This document shows positions 11,519-22,096 of a DNA stretch of 28,615 nt, piece by piece. The stretch lies in assembly GCA_044356455.1 (NCBI GenBank), contig JBIKWF010000050.1:1-28615 (forward strand), written 5' to 3'. The notes under the pieces were generated by a model, which was not told where the DNA came from, did not search any database, and worked only from the letters and a program-made list of their open reading frames with translations. The stretch is from Bdellovibrionota bacterium. GTDB lineage: Bacteria; Bdellovibrionota_C; UBA2361; JBGSMV01. The translations under genes were made by a program, and so were the position numbers. Every line of letters starts with the position of its first letter. Position 1 is the stretch's first letter.

Positions 11519-13129
11519 TCAGATTGAGTACTTATCCGAGGTTATGTGCCCCGATGCGGTTACTTTAGCGCGGCCATTGGCAGCCAAATGCCGAAGCGTA
11601 AAGAAGAGCGTTTCCGCAGATTCAGTAGCTCCAATCGCCGAGGCAATCTCCTCAACAGTCTGGGGGTTCTTTTGTGTCTTGAGGTACTCCATCAACTTGT
11701 TTTGGAGAGACAAAACATCCGCAGCTGCCTTCTTACCTGCCTCAACCCCCGGTTGATGATAAGCATTAATATTGATGAGTGAGGCATAGAGACCTACGGC
11801 ACGCTCAAAAAGCGCAATAAGCATTCCGACGCTATGCTCGGAAACTTCTTCGATAAGAATCGTCAAGCTTTGCCGGTCGCTCTCATAGAGTGCTCCTCTC
11901 GTGCCCTGAAAGAAACCACTTAAATAGTCTCCTGCAGTAACACCTGGCTCCACCTGAAGTTCTCCCACCGCAAGCTTGGAGGAAAGTTGGGAGGTATTTG
12001 GAGAAGCATCTTTGAGGACATGAATGAACACCGCGAAAAAGTTCTTCAGCCCATCACGAAGTTGCTGCACATACGCGTGTTGGTCCGTAGATCCCTTATT
12101 CCCATATACTGAGATCCCCTGATGCACCGTCGCACCCTTAAGATCTTTCTCCTTTCCGAGACTCTCCATGAGGAGCTGCTGGAGATATTTGCTGAAAAGC
12201 TCGAGCCTGTCGCTGTAAGGCAGCACCACCATGGCTTTGGACCCTTTGCCCTCGCCAAGAAACTGCCACATACCTGCGAGCTGGGCAGCCGGGTTAGCTT
12301 TGAGTTCCGTGCGCCGAGTGAGCTCATCCATGTGACGAGCTCCTGCAAGCATGCGATTGATATCGTAGCCCTGAAGGGCTGCCGGAAGCAGGCCGACCGC
12401 GCTTAATTCGCTTGTTCTTCCGCCAACCCAATCCCACATAGGAAAGCGCTCGAGCCAGCCCTCTTTCACCGCAAACTTATCAAGCTCACTTCCTGCCCCG
12501 GTAACGGCAACAAAATTCTTCGCGTATGCCAGACCTGACTTTACCCAGGCCTCTTTTGCCACCAGCATTCCGTTTCGAGTTTCCTTCGTACCACCCGATT
12601 TTGAAATCACAACACAAAGGGTTTTGCTGAGATCGGGAATTGAGCCAAGAACGTTGGCCATCCCATCGGGATCGGTGTTGTCGAAGAAGAACGCGCTAAG
12701 CTTGTCCTTATTAGATCCCAAAGCCTTCGTGACGAATTGAGGGCCCAGGGCCGAGCCGCCAATACCTACAATAAGCAGGTGTTGATACTTCCCCCCTGAC
12801 GACGGAGCGACAACCCCGCTGTGAACCCGCGCAGCGAAATCGAGAATTCTCTTGTTGGTGCTCTCTATTTCCGACTTGATCTCGGGGCGAGGGCTCAGTT
12901 CCGGATTACGCAGCCAGTAGTGTCCAACCATCCGTCCTTCATCGGGGTTAGCAATCGCCCCCTTTTCAAGCTCAGCCATGGACTTAAGCGCCCCCGCCAT
13001 CGGCGTCGCCATCGAACTCCACCAAGAATCTGGAAGGTTGACTCGGCTCGTATCAAATCCAAACTTGGTTTCTGAATCGTAGAATATAGTTTGCTTGAGG
13101 CGATCCCAAAGCTGACTCTTTGATAGCAT
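11519..13129 (-). CDS. pgi: Glucose-6-phosphate isomerase
   Basis: [45 protein letters not shown] and [10 protein letters not shown] motifs. Confidence 0.97.
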   Translation of the reverse strand: MLSKSQLWDRLKQTIFYDSETKFGFDTSRVNLPDSWWSSMATPMAGALKSMAELEKGAIANPDEGRMVGHYWLRNPELSPRPEIKSEIESTNKRILDFAARVHSGVVAPSSGGKYQHLLIVGIGGSALGPQFVTKALGSNKDKLSAFFFDNTDPDGMANVLGSIPDLSKTLCVVISKSGGTKETRNGMLVAKEAWVKSGLAYAKNFVAVTGAGSELDKFAVKEGWLERFPMWDWVGGRTSELSAVGLLPAALQGYDINRMLAGARHMDELTRRTELKANPAAQLAGMWQFLGEGKGSKAMVVLPYSDRLELFSKYLQQLLMESLGKEKDLKGATVHQGISVYGNKGSTDQHAYVQQLRDGLKNFFAVFIHVLKDASPNTSQLSSKLAVGELQVEPGVTAGDYLSGFFQGTRGALYESDRQSLTILIEEVSEHSVGMLIALFERAVGLYASLININAYHQPGVEAGKKAAADVLSLQNKLMEYLKTQKNPQTVEEIASAIGATESAETLFFTLRHLAANGRAKVTASGHITSDKYSI

Positions 13130-13589
13130 ACGAAATTCTCCTAAAATCTATCCTGCCAAGTTCGCTACGAGGCCTGCGACAGAGACTTTATTGCCTCTCA
13201 CGCTGATCAATTATTTGAACAATATGGGTGGCCCCGACTGGCACAACCCTGATTATAATTACATAGTTCCGTAGGGTTAGAGCACCTGAACCAATTTACC
13301 GCCCATATAAGCTATGCTAGTTGAATAGGGTACGGCCTTGAACCCTTGAGGCAGGGTGAAGATATACGCTGCTTTGGGGGGCTCAGAAAAGAAAAAAGAG
13401 CGCTGCTCTATTAGTTCTGAGCTAAAAGGAGTACCGGATCCTTCCCGAAATGGAATTCGAGACTGGAACGACTTGGTATTTTTAGATTCTTTTGTGGCGC
13501 TTCCGTAACTGGCGGCGGCCTTGGTTTGTAGCGGCCTTACCTTTTTGGCTTTGCTTGGAGTGGCTAGTTTTTCTTTTGGCTGGATTCAA

Positions 13590-14249
13590 ATGCTCAAAGA
13601 TAATGTCCTCTTTCTAAAAGAAGCGATTCTTGAATTCCAGGCGACAGGAACGATTTTCCCTACCTCGCGATGGGCAGCCGAGGCCCTAATCACCCCACTC
13701 CTTTCTCGCAAGTCCAGAAAGCCACTTAAGATCCTTGAACTTGGACCGGGTACTGGCTCGGTAACTGTTCCCATTCTTGAAAATATGCAGACAGGCGATG
13801 AACTTGTGGTGTGTGAAATTAATCACCGCTTCATGGAGGCGCTGCAAGAGCGTCTCAGCAAGAACCAACACTACCTCCGAATCCAGGATCGCGTTGAGTT
13901 TTATTGCTGCCCCATGCAAGAACTCCCTGAAACCGAGCGCTTTGATGTAATTGTCTGCGCCATTCCCTTTTCGAATCTCGACCTCGGAACAGTCCAGGAG
14001 ATCTTCTCCAAGCTTCGCCGCATGAGCCATGAAGAGACGGTGATGACATTCTACGAATACATGGGCCTACGCTCTATCGGGAAAGTCGTCTCGCCTCAGA
14101 AGCGACGTGAACGCTTGAAGCAAATCGATTCCTTCTTTAACTCGATCTACTCAAATCATCTGTGCGATAAGATTAAGGTGTATCTAAACGTTCTACCTAT
14201 TCATATCTATACGCTGCGCGATTTGCATGAGCTGCCAGTTGCGGCCTAG
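13590..14249 (+). CDS. Class I SAM methyltransferase, PmtA-like (phospholipid or aminolipid N-methyltransferase)
   Basis: TGTIFPTSRWAA before ILELGPGTG, plus DVIVCAIPF, TFYEY and LNVLP. ATG 13590 preferred over TTG 13521. Confidence 0.7.
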   Translation: MLKDNVLFLKEAILEFQATGTIFPTSRWAAEALITPLLSRKSRKPLKILELGPGTGSVTVPILENMQTGDELVVCEINHRFMEALQERLSKNQHYLRIQDRVEFYCCPMQELPETERFDVIVCAIPFSNLDLGTVQEIFSKLRRMSHEETVMTFYEYMGLRSIGKVVSPQKRRERLKQIDSFFNSIYSNHLCDKIKVYLNVLPIHIYTLRDLHELPVAA

Positions 14250-14316
14250 GACTGCGCTCTAGCCGCGATCACTGGCATCCCCGACTGGGAGGTACGCAAT
14301 CGCAGCATCGCCACTC

Positions 14317-15156
14317 CTAGTTGAGATGCGGTGGAATTTCGCCTTCAGCTGCGGACGCTCCCTTGTAGGTACTCTCCTTGTTGGAGCTCTCGCCCCCCTC
14401 CGTTGAATCAAGCGAAAGCTCCCCTGGACCTCGAAACCACTTTCTCACGATACCGAGGGGGCCACTAAGCACATAGGCACCCGAAAGGGCTACAAATCCG
14501 ACTGCGCTGTTATACCAGATGAGGCCAATCATTGCGCCCACGAAAACCCGGCCGAAGAGCCCAAGACTATTCACGCGCAGAAGCTTAATTGAGAAAAACT
14601 CAATATGAGAGACCATCAAGAAGGCCAACGAGGCCATGACAAAGGAGCCAAATATTGCAAAGCCGAGTGATGACTGAGGGATGGGCGCGAAGTTTACACA
14701 AGCAGCAACAAAGGCAGCTGCCCCAGGCGTGGGAAGCCCAGTGAAACCCTTTAGATTTTCTGCTGAAATATTAAAGCGCGCCAACCTACTCGCCGCGCAT
14801 AAGGCGTATATAAAACAGACAAAGACGCCAAATTCATCGGCCACAGGCCGAAGGCACCAATGGTACATTACAATCGCAGGGGCGATCCCAAAGGACGTCA
14901 GGTCTGAAAAGGAGTCAAATTCGACTCCAAATTTGGATGTGGCGTTGAGCTTGCGAGCGACTCTCCCATCAAGTCCATCAAGCAAAATGGCGAAACCAAT
15001 GGCTATCGCGCATTTCTCGTAAGAGCCCTGTGCCGCGTATATGCAGGATAAAAACCCGCAAAACATATTGGCCAAGGTGACCGCGTTTGGGACGAGGAAG
15101 CGCCTGCGATACAGGCGTTCTTTGAGGGCTGCTCGTATGAGTCTCTTATCCTTCAT
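14317..15156 (-). CDS. pssA: CDP-diacylglycerol--serine O-phosphatidyltransferase
   Basis: PNAVTLANMFCGF, CDP-alcohol motif DGLDGRVAR..FGVEFDSFSD, RLARFN and FTGLPTP. Confidence 0.93.
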   Translation of the reverse strand: MKDKRLIRAALKERLYRRRFLVPNAVTLANMFCGFLSCIYAAQGSYEKCAIAIGFAILLDGLDGRVARKLNATSKFGVEFDSFSDLTSFGIAPAIVMYHWCLRPVADEFGVFVCFIYALCAASRLARFNISAENLKGFTGLPTPGAAAFVAACVNFAPIPQSSLGFAIFGSFVMASLAFLMVSHIEFFSIKLLRVNSLGLFGRVFVGAMIGLIWYNSAVGFVALSGAYVLSGPLGIVRKWFRGPGELSLDSTEGGESSNKESTYKGASAAEGEIPPHLN

Positions 15157-15240
15157 AGCGCATCGAGTATACTCAAGTTTCGTGTAAGAACCATTAGATC
15201 CTGTGGCCCTCTAGGCAAAAGACTGGAATTATTAGCCTCC

Positions 15241-16677
15241 ATGAACAGCTCAGCTATCGCTTCCATGACTGAAGGCCCTACCTCCCCCGCCAGGGGCCCC
15301 CTCCCCCAGGGTACGCGTCCCATGACCGCCAAGCCTAGCCCGCCCACCTCTAGGATTCGCAAACTGCTTCGCAAAGTACCTCTCACTGCTCGCGGGTTCT
15401 GCATCCTCTTTTTTTCGCTCTATCTTATCGCGGGCCCCTCGTGGAACGCGAACGATGTCATCGCAACAGTTGTCGGCTACAGCCTCTTCTTTATTCTCAC
15501 CGGCTTTGCGCTCACCACCTTTGTACAGTCGATAGATTTCCGCGAACGCCTGCGCGCGAAACTTTCTGCTGAGCTCTTTGATGTGCATGCCTCTGGTTCT
15601 GGGCACGCACGCCCGATCGCGAAATTGCCCACGCGTATGGTAGTGACTACTACCCCGGCGGCTCTTGTACCCCTGAGCATGCTCAGCCTTGAAGTGCGCT
15701 TTGCCTCGCCCGGGGTAAAGACCGCGAAACATCTGATCACGGGACGTTCCCCAAGCCCACGCACCCTTGTTGAAGACATTACCTTTCCACACCGCGGGCG
15801 CTGGAACATCGCATCCCTCTCCCTCGCGGTTGGAGATATGTGGGGGCTTACTCGTGTTACCTGGGAAGACTCGGCTTCTACCAGTGGTCTTAGCATCGAA
15901 GTTCGCCCTGCAGGACAAGCGGATGCTCACGTACCAGTGATTAGTTCTGCAGTGAGGACTGGAGATGCGATTGCAGATCTCCTCGACCGGCAGGGAGATC
16001 CTTATGACCTCAAGCAATACAATCCCGCCGACGGAATGAAGCGCATCCTATGGAAGGTTTTTGCGAAACGAGGCGAGCTCATTTCTCGAATGCCTGAGCG
16101 TGCCGTAACACCTGAAGGACAAGTGGTCTGTTTTATTGCAGCGGATGCCTCAGGCGACCAAGTGTGCTCGGAGGCTATTCGTTATGCGCAAGGAATTGCA
16201 GAACTCGATCTTCAATTTTGGGGTGGCTGCGTAGGGAACGGACCTCGTGGGGCGGCTCGAAGCGCCGAGGAACTTGAACAGCTTCTCATTGACAGCGTCT
16301 GGGAAACCCAAAACGCATCCAGCCAAAGCGCAGGTGCGGACCTTCAGCGACTCCTGACACAAGTCAAAGGCACCATGCAGCACTCGCGTGTTGATAAAGT
16401 GCTCATTCTTATATCCCAAGCAAGAATCACAGATGAGGTGAGTACTTCTTGGCACACTGATTTAGGTAATTTGCTTGAGAAGGACGGCATCACCCCAGTT
16501 TTTGTCCCCTTGGGGGAGCAGCTCCATGCACGCAGGACTCAATCAATGCTTTCGCGCGCAGAGAAGCTCTTTCTCTACACCTCACAAGAAGAGGCAGTAT
16601 CTGATACCGCATTTTTTAAGCGCTTTCTTGGAATTTGTGCTGGCCGAGGGTGGGAAGTTATCATGCAGCAGCAGTAG
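15241..16677 (+). CDS. DUF58-family protein with N-terminal transmembrane helices
   Basis: RGRW and GDPYDLKQYNPADGMKRILWKVFAKRGEL motifs; lies in an operon with MoxR. Start uncertain. Confidence 0.8.
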   Translation: MNSSAIASMTEGPTSPARGPLPQGTRPMTAKPSPPTSRIRKLLRKVPLTARGFCILFFSLYLIAGPSWNANDVIATVVGYSLFFILTGFALTTFVQSIDFRERLRAKLSAELFDVHASGSGHARPIAKLPTRMVVTTTPAALVPLSMLSLEVRFASPGVKTAKHLITGRSPSPRTLVEDITFPHRGRWNIASLSLAVGDMWGLTRVTWEDSASTSGLSIEVRPAGQADAHVPVISSAVRTGDAIADLLDRQGDPYDLKQYNPADGMKRILWKVFAKRGELISRMPERAVTPEGQVVCFIAADASGDQVCSEAIRYAQGIAELDLQFWGGCVGNGPRGAARSAEELEQLLIDSVWETQNASSQSAGADLQRLLTQVKGTMQHSRVDKVLILISQARITDEVSTSWHTDLGNLLEKDGITPVFVPLGEQLHARRTQSMLSRAEKLFLYTSQEEAVSDTAFFKRFLGICAGRGWEVIMQQQ

Positions 16678-16686
16678 CGAGGTCGT

Positions 16687-18927
16687 GTGACAGTCTTATT
16701 TCAATTATTGTCAAATACCCTGAGCGCCCATCCAGCCCTCTCAACGCCTGCGGCGCGAGTTCGGCTTGGAGCGGTCCTCGCGCTGCGTTGCCTTTTTCTT
16801 TGCGTTCTCGTTTTTGCACTTCATCACGTCGTTGAGCTCGGAACTTCTCCTTGGGCTCTCTCTCTTGGCGTCATACTAGGAACGACACTCGCAAGTGCGC
16901 TCTCTTTTACCAGGCTGACTCACCGCGGTTTCTTAGCATTGGGGATAGCATTCTACCTCTGCTATGCGCTCAGCTTTGGGGTTCTCGGGATTATTCCGCC
17001 TGGTGCATTGGGAAGCGTACTCGCCGTCCCCTCTCTTCAATTGCATGCAGAGCTTATTCTGTCCGCCTTCTTTGTTGCGGCAGCATCAACATGGCTCTTT
17101 TGGAGAACACCTCACGCACTTACCGTAGAGGTGCTGCTGCTTGCCGGACTTGCGGTCCAAATCATGGCTGGCCATAGAAACTTTAGGCTCGACCAACCGC
17201 AGCAGCTGAACACCATCGCCTGGAAATTGGGCTGGGGACCGCTTGGCACCGTCACGATCCTGGGCGTTACCCTGGTGATTGGGCTCTTATCATTTCTTTA
17301 CTTCACCTCTCCCCCAGGGAAACCCGAAGCGGCCCCGCCGCTTTCTACAGGCGCTCGCCCCGTCTATCTCTATCAGAACTCTCGGTGGTCGCTTGCCGGT
17401 CTCGGCGTTGCCGCACTTTTGAGTGTCGTGCTCTTTTTGATTGCTCAAGTATCTTTTTGGGCCTTCAGCAAAGCTGCTGGCTCAAGAACGATGATGGGCG
17501 TTGGCCAGGAAAGCCGCGAAGAAATGACCCCCCTTGGATTTCATTCGTCTCTTGGCAAAAACGCCCAGCCGGGCGCACTGGTGCGACTCGAAGGTGACTA
17601 CGCGCAAAACCCCTTTGTTCCCATGCTGTATTTTAGGGAGTCTGCCCTTAGCTCGTTTAATGGCCACGAAATGGTTTTGGCGCCCGCTCAGTTTGATGGG
17701 GATGTAAACCGGACTCGTCCCGATGAAATATATTCCTCTGAGCCTGACACTGAACTGCTTAGTCGCACGCCAATAGTGCAGTCTATATTCCTCCTCGCTG
17801 AGCACAAAACTGCCTTCGCTCTCGACTACCCAATTCAAATTCGGCAGCTCAGCAACCCCAACCCAGGACGATTTAGAGCTGCCTACAAAGTCTATTCAGT
17901 AGCGCCTGGCTTTTCACTCAAGGAACTTGGCGGCCTCGGGGTAGGAGATGCGCGCTGGTCTCCCGAAACACTTCTGCATTACCTGAGCCCGCACCCCGAC
18001 AAGCGCTACGAGGAATTGGCGAAGAGAATCACTCAGGGGCTCACTGACCCCGTCGAAAAGGCATTTGCGATAACCCAGTGGTTCTCAAAGAATGCGATTT
18101 ACACGCTCACACCTGGCCATGAGGTCCAGCCGAACGAAGATCCTGTCGCGCCTTTCCTTTTTGGCGATATGCGGGGTTACTGCGTCCATTTTGCGCATGC
18201 CATGACCTACCTCTTCCGATCGATTGGCATTCCTGCGCGTATTGGCACCGGGTATCTTACCGATCTAAGCCAGGCAAAGGATGGTCATATATTGCTTCGC
18301 ATGAATGACCGGCACGCGTGGTCTGAAGTCTACATCTCAGGACGCGGCTGGCTGCCCTTTGACCCTCAACCGGAGCAAGTCGAAAATCATGGGGAATCTC
18401 CCGTCGATATGAAACTCCTTGAGGACCTCATGGGAATGATAGGCCCCAGTGAAGAGATCCTGCCCAAGGATGTTGCCGCGGGAGAAACAGGACTTCGAGA
18501 CGAAGAAGCCTGGACCGTTCCTGATTGGCGCTATCTGGGAGCTCCGATTGCGCTCCTTCTAGGTCTTGTCTTCTCGGCTAAACTCCTGCTTTTTGTGGGC
18601 TGGAGATTTAGTCGTAGCCCCACTCGAAAAATTCAGCTGAGGTACCGAACTCGGATCGCCGAACTTTACGATTTAGGCTACCGAAGACTTCGCGGTGAAA
18701 CACGTGATGAGTTTAGGCTGCGGTTACAGGGTGAGTTCGGTCGAGACCTCCTTCCCGAAACTCCGCATCTCACTGCCGTGGTGTATGGCCCGAATAGCGC
18801 TCCACCCGAGCTCCCCTCCTCACCCCTCAAGGAAGTTCTTAGCGCCCGAATTCCGTGGTGGAAGCGCCTACTTGGAAAGCTAAGCCCGGCCTCTGGAGTT
18901 GCCCTTTTACTGAGGAGGTCCTGGTGA
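16687..18927 (+). CDS. Membrane transglutaminase-like protein (TgpA-type)
   Basis: Multiple TM helices, then the catalytic triad GYCVHFA / HAWSEVY / FDP, and a C-terminal TM helix. Confidence 0.88.
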   Translation: MTVLFQLLSNTLSAHPALSTPAARVRLGAVLALRCLFLCVLVFALHHVVELGTSPWALSLGVILGTTLASALSFTRLTHRGFLALGIAFYLCYALSFGVLGIIPPGALGSVLAVPSLQLHAELILSAFFVAAASTWLFWRTPHALTVEVLLLAGLAVQIMAGHRNFRLDQPQQLNTIAWKLGWGPLGTVTILGVTLVIGLLSFLYFTSPPGKPEAAPPLSTGARPVYLYQNSRWSLAGLGVAALLSVVLFLIAQVSFWAFSKAAGSRTMMGVGQESREEMTPLGFHSSLGKNAQPGALVRLEGDYAQNPFVPMLYFRESALSSFNGHEMVLAPAQFDGDVNRTRPDEIYSSEPDTELLSRTPIVQSIFLLAEHKTAFALDYPIQIRQLSNPNPGRFRAAYKVYSVAPGFSLKELGGLGVGDARWSPETLLHYLSPHPDKRYEELAKRITQGLTDPVEKAFAITQWFSKNAIYTLTPGHEVQPNEDPVAPFLFGDMRGYCVHFAHAMTYLFRSIGIPARIGTGYLTDLSQAKDGHILLRMNDRHAWSEVYISGRGWLPFDPQPEQVENHGESPVDMKLLEDLMGMIGPSEEILPKDVAAGETGLRDEEAWTVPDWRYLGAPIALLLGLVFSAKLLLFVGWRFSRSPTRKIQLRYRTRIAELYDLGYRRLRGETRDEFRLRLQGEFGRDLLPETPHLTAVVYGPNSAPPELPSSPLKEVLSARIPWWKRLLGKLSPASGVALLLRRSW

Positions 18928-20873
18928 GCCCACTCTCCACTTACCGCACTCGTCGTTTACGCCCCCTCGTCATGCTCGCCGTAGCTGGCCTTTTCTGCAT
19001 CACTGCGACATTACCCCTTCAAGGAGAAGCACAGTCAGCAGGAGACCTTTCTGCAGGTGACCCCTTTGATCCCTTCGATCTTTCCTCCAAGGACCTCGAT
19101 TTTGGGGACGATGAAAGCAAAACAGCAGATCAGCTCACCTTTGAAGCCAGCATACTGCTTGATGATGAACGTCCCCTCGATGCGCGCTCAAAGCTTCTCA
19201 AGGCATTACAAAAGGACCCTAAGGACTACCGGGCGCACCTGCTTCTTGCCGGTTATTACATGGTTCACGTAGGACATTTTCGGCTGGCGCTAAAATACGT
19301 CAAGCAGGGAGAGGCTGTTTTCATAGAGAAAGAAGGAAAGCCACCGTACCGAGACGAAATGGTTCGCAATCAGCATTCGAGGATTCTCTACCTACTCTCG
19401 CAGGCACGTCTTAGCCTTGATGATTATCAAGGGGCACTAGATGTGCTCGATGAATTCACCTCTTACGGCTATTTTGCAGAGTGGTATCCGGGATCGCGCG
19501 CCTGGATCTTGATGAAGCTTGGACGCCTTGACGAAGGAGTAAAAGAGGCCCGCGCCGGAATTTACGGGGGAGCGGAAACAGGCCGGACGCTCAACATGTT
19601 AGGCATCTTGCTGTCGATGACTGGCGACCGGGGCGCCGCGATTGAAGTTCTAAAACAAGCTATCGGTTATGAGTTTTCGCTTGGAAAGCTTGGGCAGCCT
19701 GCAACTCCTCTTAACAATATCGGAGAAGTCTACGAAGAAATATTCAACGAGGCTCTCGCGCAAACCTCCTATACACGCGCAACGACGCTACCCGATGGCT
19801 GCGAACATGTACTTCCTAGTCTTAATCTCGCCAAGCTCTATCTCGATGAGCTAAGCCTCTCTTCTGCCAAACGCACCATGGATAATTTCGAAGGCTGCGT
19901 CGCGCAGTTCCCTTTGAGAAACGGCGAAGAGCACCGAGCGCTCGTGCACTTGGCGCGCGGCAGAATTGCGCTTCTTGCAGGACGCACAGAGGATGCAATT
20001 ACCCACTACCGGGCGGTCCTCGAAGATCGTCAGTGGTTTGGGAAAATCGGAACTTCCGAACAAGATCTCGAAGCCGCCGGCTCGGTATCGCTCGCTCAAG
20101 CGCTTCTTAGGCATAATGCCGTGCTCTCACGTACCATCCCTGAGAGCATTTCTGAAAGTTTGAGTATACTTACCCAAAGAACCCGCAACCAGATAGAAGC
20201 CTGGTGGAGACTGAGACGTGGAAGACAAATTCTTATAGACGACCTTAAGGACATTGAGGACCTGTACGTAAGAAATACGGACAGCATGCTTGAATATCCC
20301 ACTCTCGGAGAGGCACTCTCCGCACTTCCGCGCCGAGTACTCGAAAAGCGCATTGAAATTGAACGTGCCAGAGACGATCGCTCCACAGCTTCCACCTACT
20401 ATGCCCTTTATCTGGCTGAAAACGTAGCTGCCTCTGGACAGCACGCCGAAGCGGTTCAGATGCTGGACACAGTTATTGCGAAAGCTCGCCCCCAGTTCGA
20501 CAACGCTCTTAAGCTGAGAGCTATGACGGTGAAACTTGGTCTTTTCGCGCAGGAGACCGCCCCCTATCGGCAACTAGCGGAGGCGATATTCCTCCTATCT
20601 CGTCCTGCACTAAGGCTTGCCGGACTTCCCCTTCCTGTTCAAAGAGGCTCTTTGCCCGCCCTTGTTACACAGAACCTTTCTCAGGGCCCGTTCCTGCTCG
20701 ACCAACAGGCCTCCTCTGTGCTTTCGTATCAGCAGCGCGGTGAATCGCATGAACTTACTCTTTCCCCTCTCAAGGGAGCTTCCGCCATGCCAAGCTTCAA
20801 GGGAAAGGGCAGCACCATCGAAGAGGCGCTTAACAATCTTTCAAGAAATGTTTTTGAAATTACGGTAGAGTGA
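18924..20873 (+). CDS. Exported tetratricopeptide-repeat protein
   Basis: GTG 18924 overlaps the upstream stop (GTGA) and has a GAGGAGG SD; signal-peptide-like N-terminus; TPR-like helices (TLNMLGILL, PLNNIGEVY, HLARGRIALLAG). Confidence 0.8.
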   Translation: MSPLSTYRTRRLRPLVMLAVAGLFCITATLPLQGEAQSAGDLSAGDPFDPFDLSSKDLDFGDDESKTADQLTFEASILLDDERPLDARSKLLKALQKDPKDYRAHLLLAGYYMVHVGHFRLALKYVKQGEAVFIEKEGKPPYRDEMVRNQHSRILYLLSQARLSLDDYQGALDVLDEFTSYGYFAEWYPGSRAWILMKLGRLDEGVKEARAGIYGGAETGRTLNMLGILLSMTGDRGAAIEVLKQAIGYEFSLGKLGQPATPLNNIGEVYEEIFNEALAQTSYTRATTLPDGCEHVLPSLNLAKLYLDELSLSSAKRTMDNFEGCVAQFPLRNGEEHRALVHLARGRIALLAGRTEDAITHYRAVLEDRQWFGKIGTSEQDLEAAGSVSLAQALLRHNAVLSRTIPESISESLSILTQRTRNQIEAWWRLRRGRQILIDDLKDIEDLYVRNTDSMLEYPTLGEALSALPRRVLEKRIEIERARDDRSTASTYYALYLAENVAASGQHAEAVQMLDTVIAKARPQFDNALKLRAMTVKLGLFAQETAPYRQLAEAIFLLSRPALRLAGLPLPVQRGSLPALVTQNLSQGPFLLDQQASSVLSYQQRGESHELTLSPLKGASAMPSFKGKGSTIEEALNNLSRNVFEITVE

Positions 20874-20877
20874 ACGC

Positions 20878-21948
20878 ATGAATACGACTGACACCACTGT
20901 TTCAGCCTCTGTCTTTGGAGCCAGCACTTCAAATGGTGCGCGGAGCGGAACTTCCCACGCTATCTCAGTTGCCCAAGAGCTCTGCAAAGCTCTAGGGCGT
21001 GTAATTCAAGGGAGAGAAGACACGATAAAGCTCGTGGTAGCAGCTCTACTTGCTGACGGACACGTACTTCTGGAAGATTACCCCGGCTCCGGGAAGACAA
21101 CTCTCACCAAAACCCTGGGCCGACTTATTTCGCCAGATGGCGCTGCTACCACTCACGGCAAAGCAGACGACCACATTGTGCAATTTCGGCGCATTCAGTT
21201 TACCCCCGACCTCCTGCCTGGGGATGTGCTCGGAGTAAATATCTTCGACCCCAAAAGTGGGCAGTTTCACTTCATGCATGGTCCAGTATTTGCGCACGTA
21301 CTCCTGGCAGATGAAATTAATCGTACCGGTCCTAAAGTTCAGGCTGCCTTCCTCGAGTGCATGGCTGAAAAGCAAGTGACGCTTGATAACGTGACCTACC
21401 CTCTCGACAAGCTCTTCTTTGTGATTGGAACTCAGAACCCTCTCGACGTTGCGGGAACGTACCCCCTTCCGATCGTTCAGCTCGACAGGTTTCTTCTCAA
21501 GATCCCAATGGCATACGTAGATAAATCAACTGAGCTAAGAATCTTGGAGCAGCACACCACCATCACCAAGACGGCAGAAACCATTTCTCCCGTTTGCACT
21601 CGCAGCGACATCCTTGAGGCAAGGCGAGAAACAGACCAAGTCGTGATTCACCCCCATCTGAGAGAGGCGATTGTTGATATTATTCAATCAACGAGAAATA
21701 ACGCCCTGATTCAGTTTGGCGCGTCCACTCGTGCCGCCCTCATGCTGCAATCCGCCATCAAGGGTTGGGCCGTGGTGAATGGCCGAGGATTTGGAACAGA
21801 GGATGATCTCAAAGCGATAGCCCCTTATGTTCTGCTCCATAGATTGAAATTTCATGGCGGCGCGGGAAATGCCATGGATGCCCTCCGTGAGCTGATGGCA
21901 CCGTCTCTTGAGAGATTGATTGCCAAGGGTATCCCCCGAGGCCTGTAG
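20878..21948 (+). CDS. moxR: MoxR-family AAA+ ATPase
   Basis: HVLLEDYPGSGKT, RIQFTPDLLPGD, LLADEINR, TQNP..GTYPLP..QLDRF and GASTRA motifs. Confidence 0.93.
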   Translation: MNTTDTTVSASVFGASTSNGARSGTSHAISVAQELCKALGRVIQGREDTIKLVVAALLADGHVLLEDYPGSGKTTLTKTLGRLISPDGAATTHGKADDHIVQFRRIQFTPDLLPGDVLGVNIFDPKSGQFHFMHGPVFAHVLLADEINRTGPKVQAAFLECMAEKQVTLDNVTYPLDKLFFVIGTQNPLDVAGTYPLPIVQLDRFLLKIPMAYVDKSTELRILEQHTTITKTAETISPVCTRSDILEARRETDQVVIHPHLREAIVDIIQSTRNNALIQFGASTRAALMLQSAIKGWAVVNGRGFGTEDDLKAIAPYVLLHRLKFHGGAGNAMDALRELMAPSLERLIAKGIPRGL

Positions 21949-22096
21949 GGCTCTGGTCGGGTACTTCGCGCCCCAACGGACTGGCGCCTCAGTCCATAGA
22001 AGCTTGCTTCATGACCATTTCCCTTGAGCTCTGCTCGGTGGGCGAGTAGTCTTACCAAGCTCCTATCTGTTCTCTTACCTTATGGTGGAGGTCGCC

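Noticed and set aside
15250..16017. 255-aa antisense ORF and other nested ORFs (5617-5943, 26914-27330, 28188-28523)
   Set aside because: They are shadows of well-supported genes on the opposite strand.
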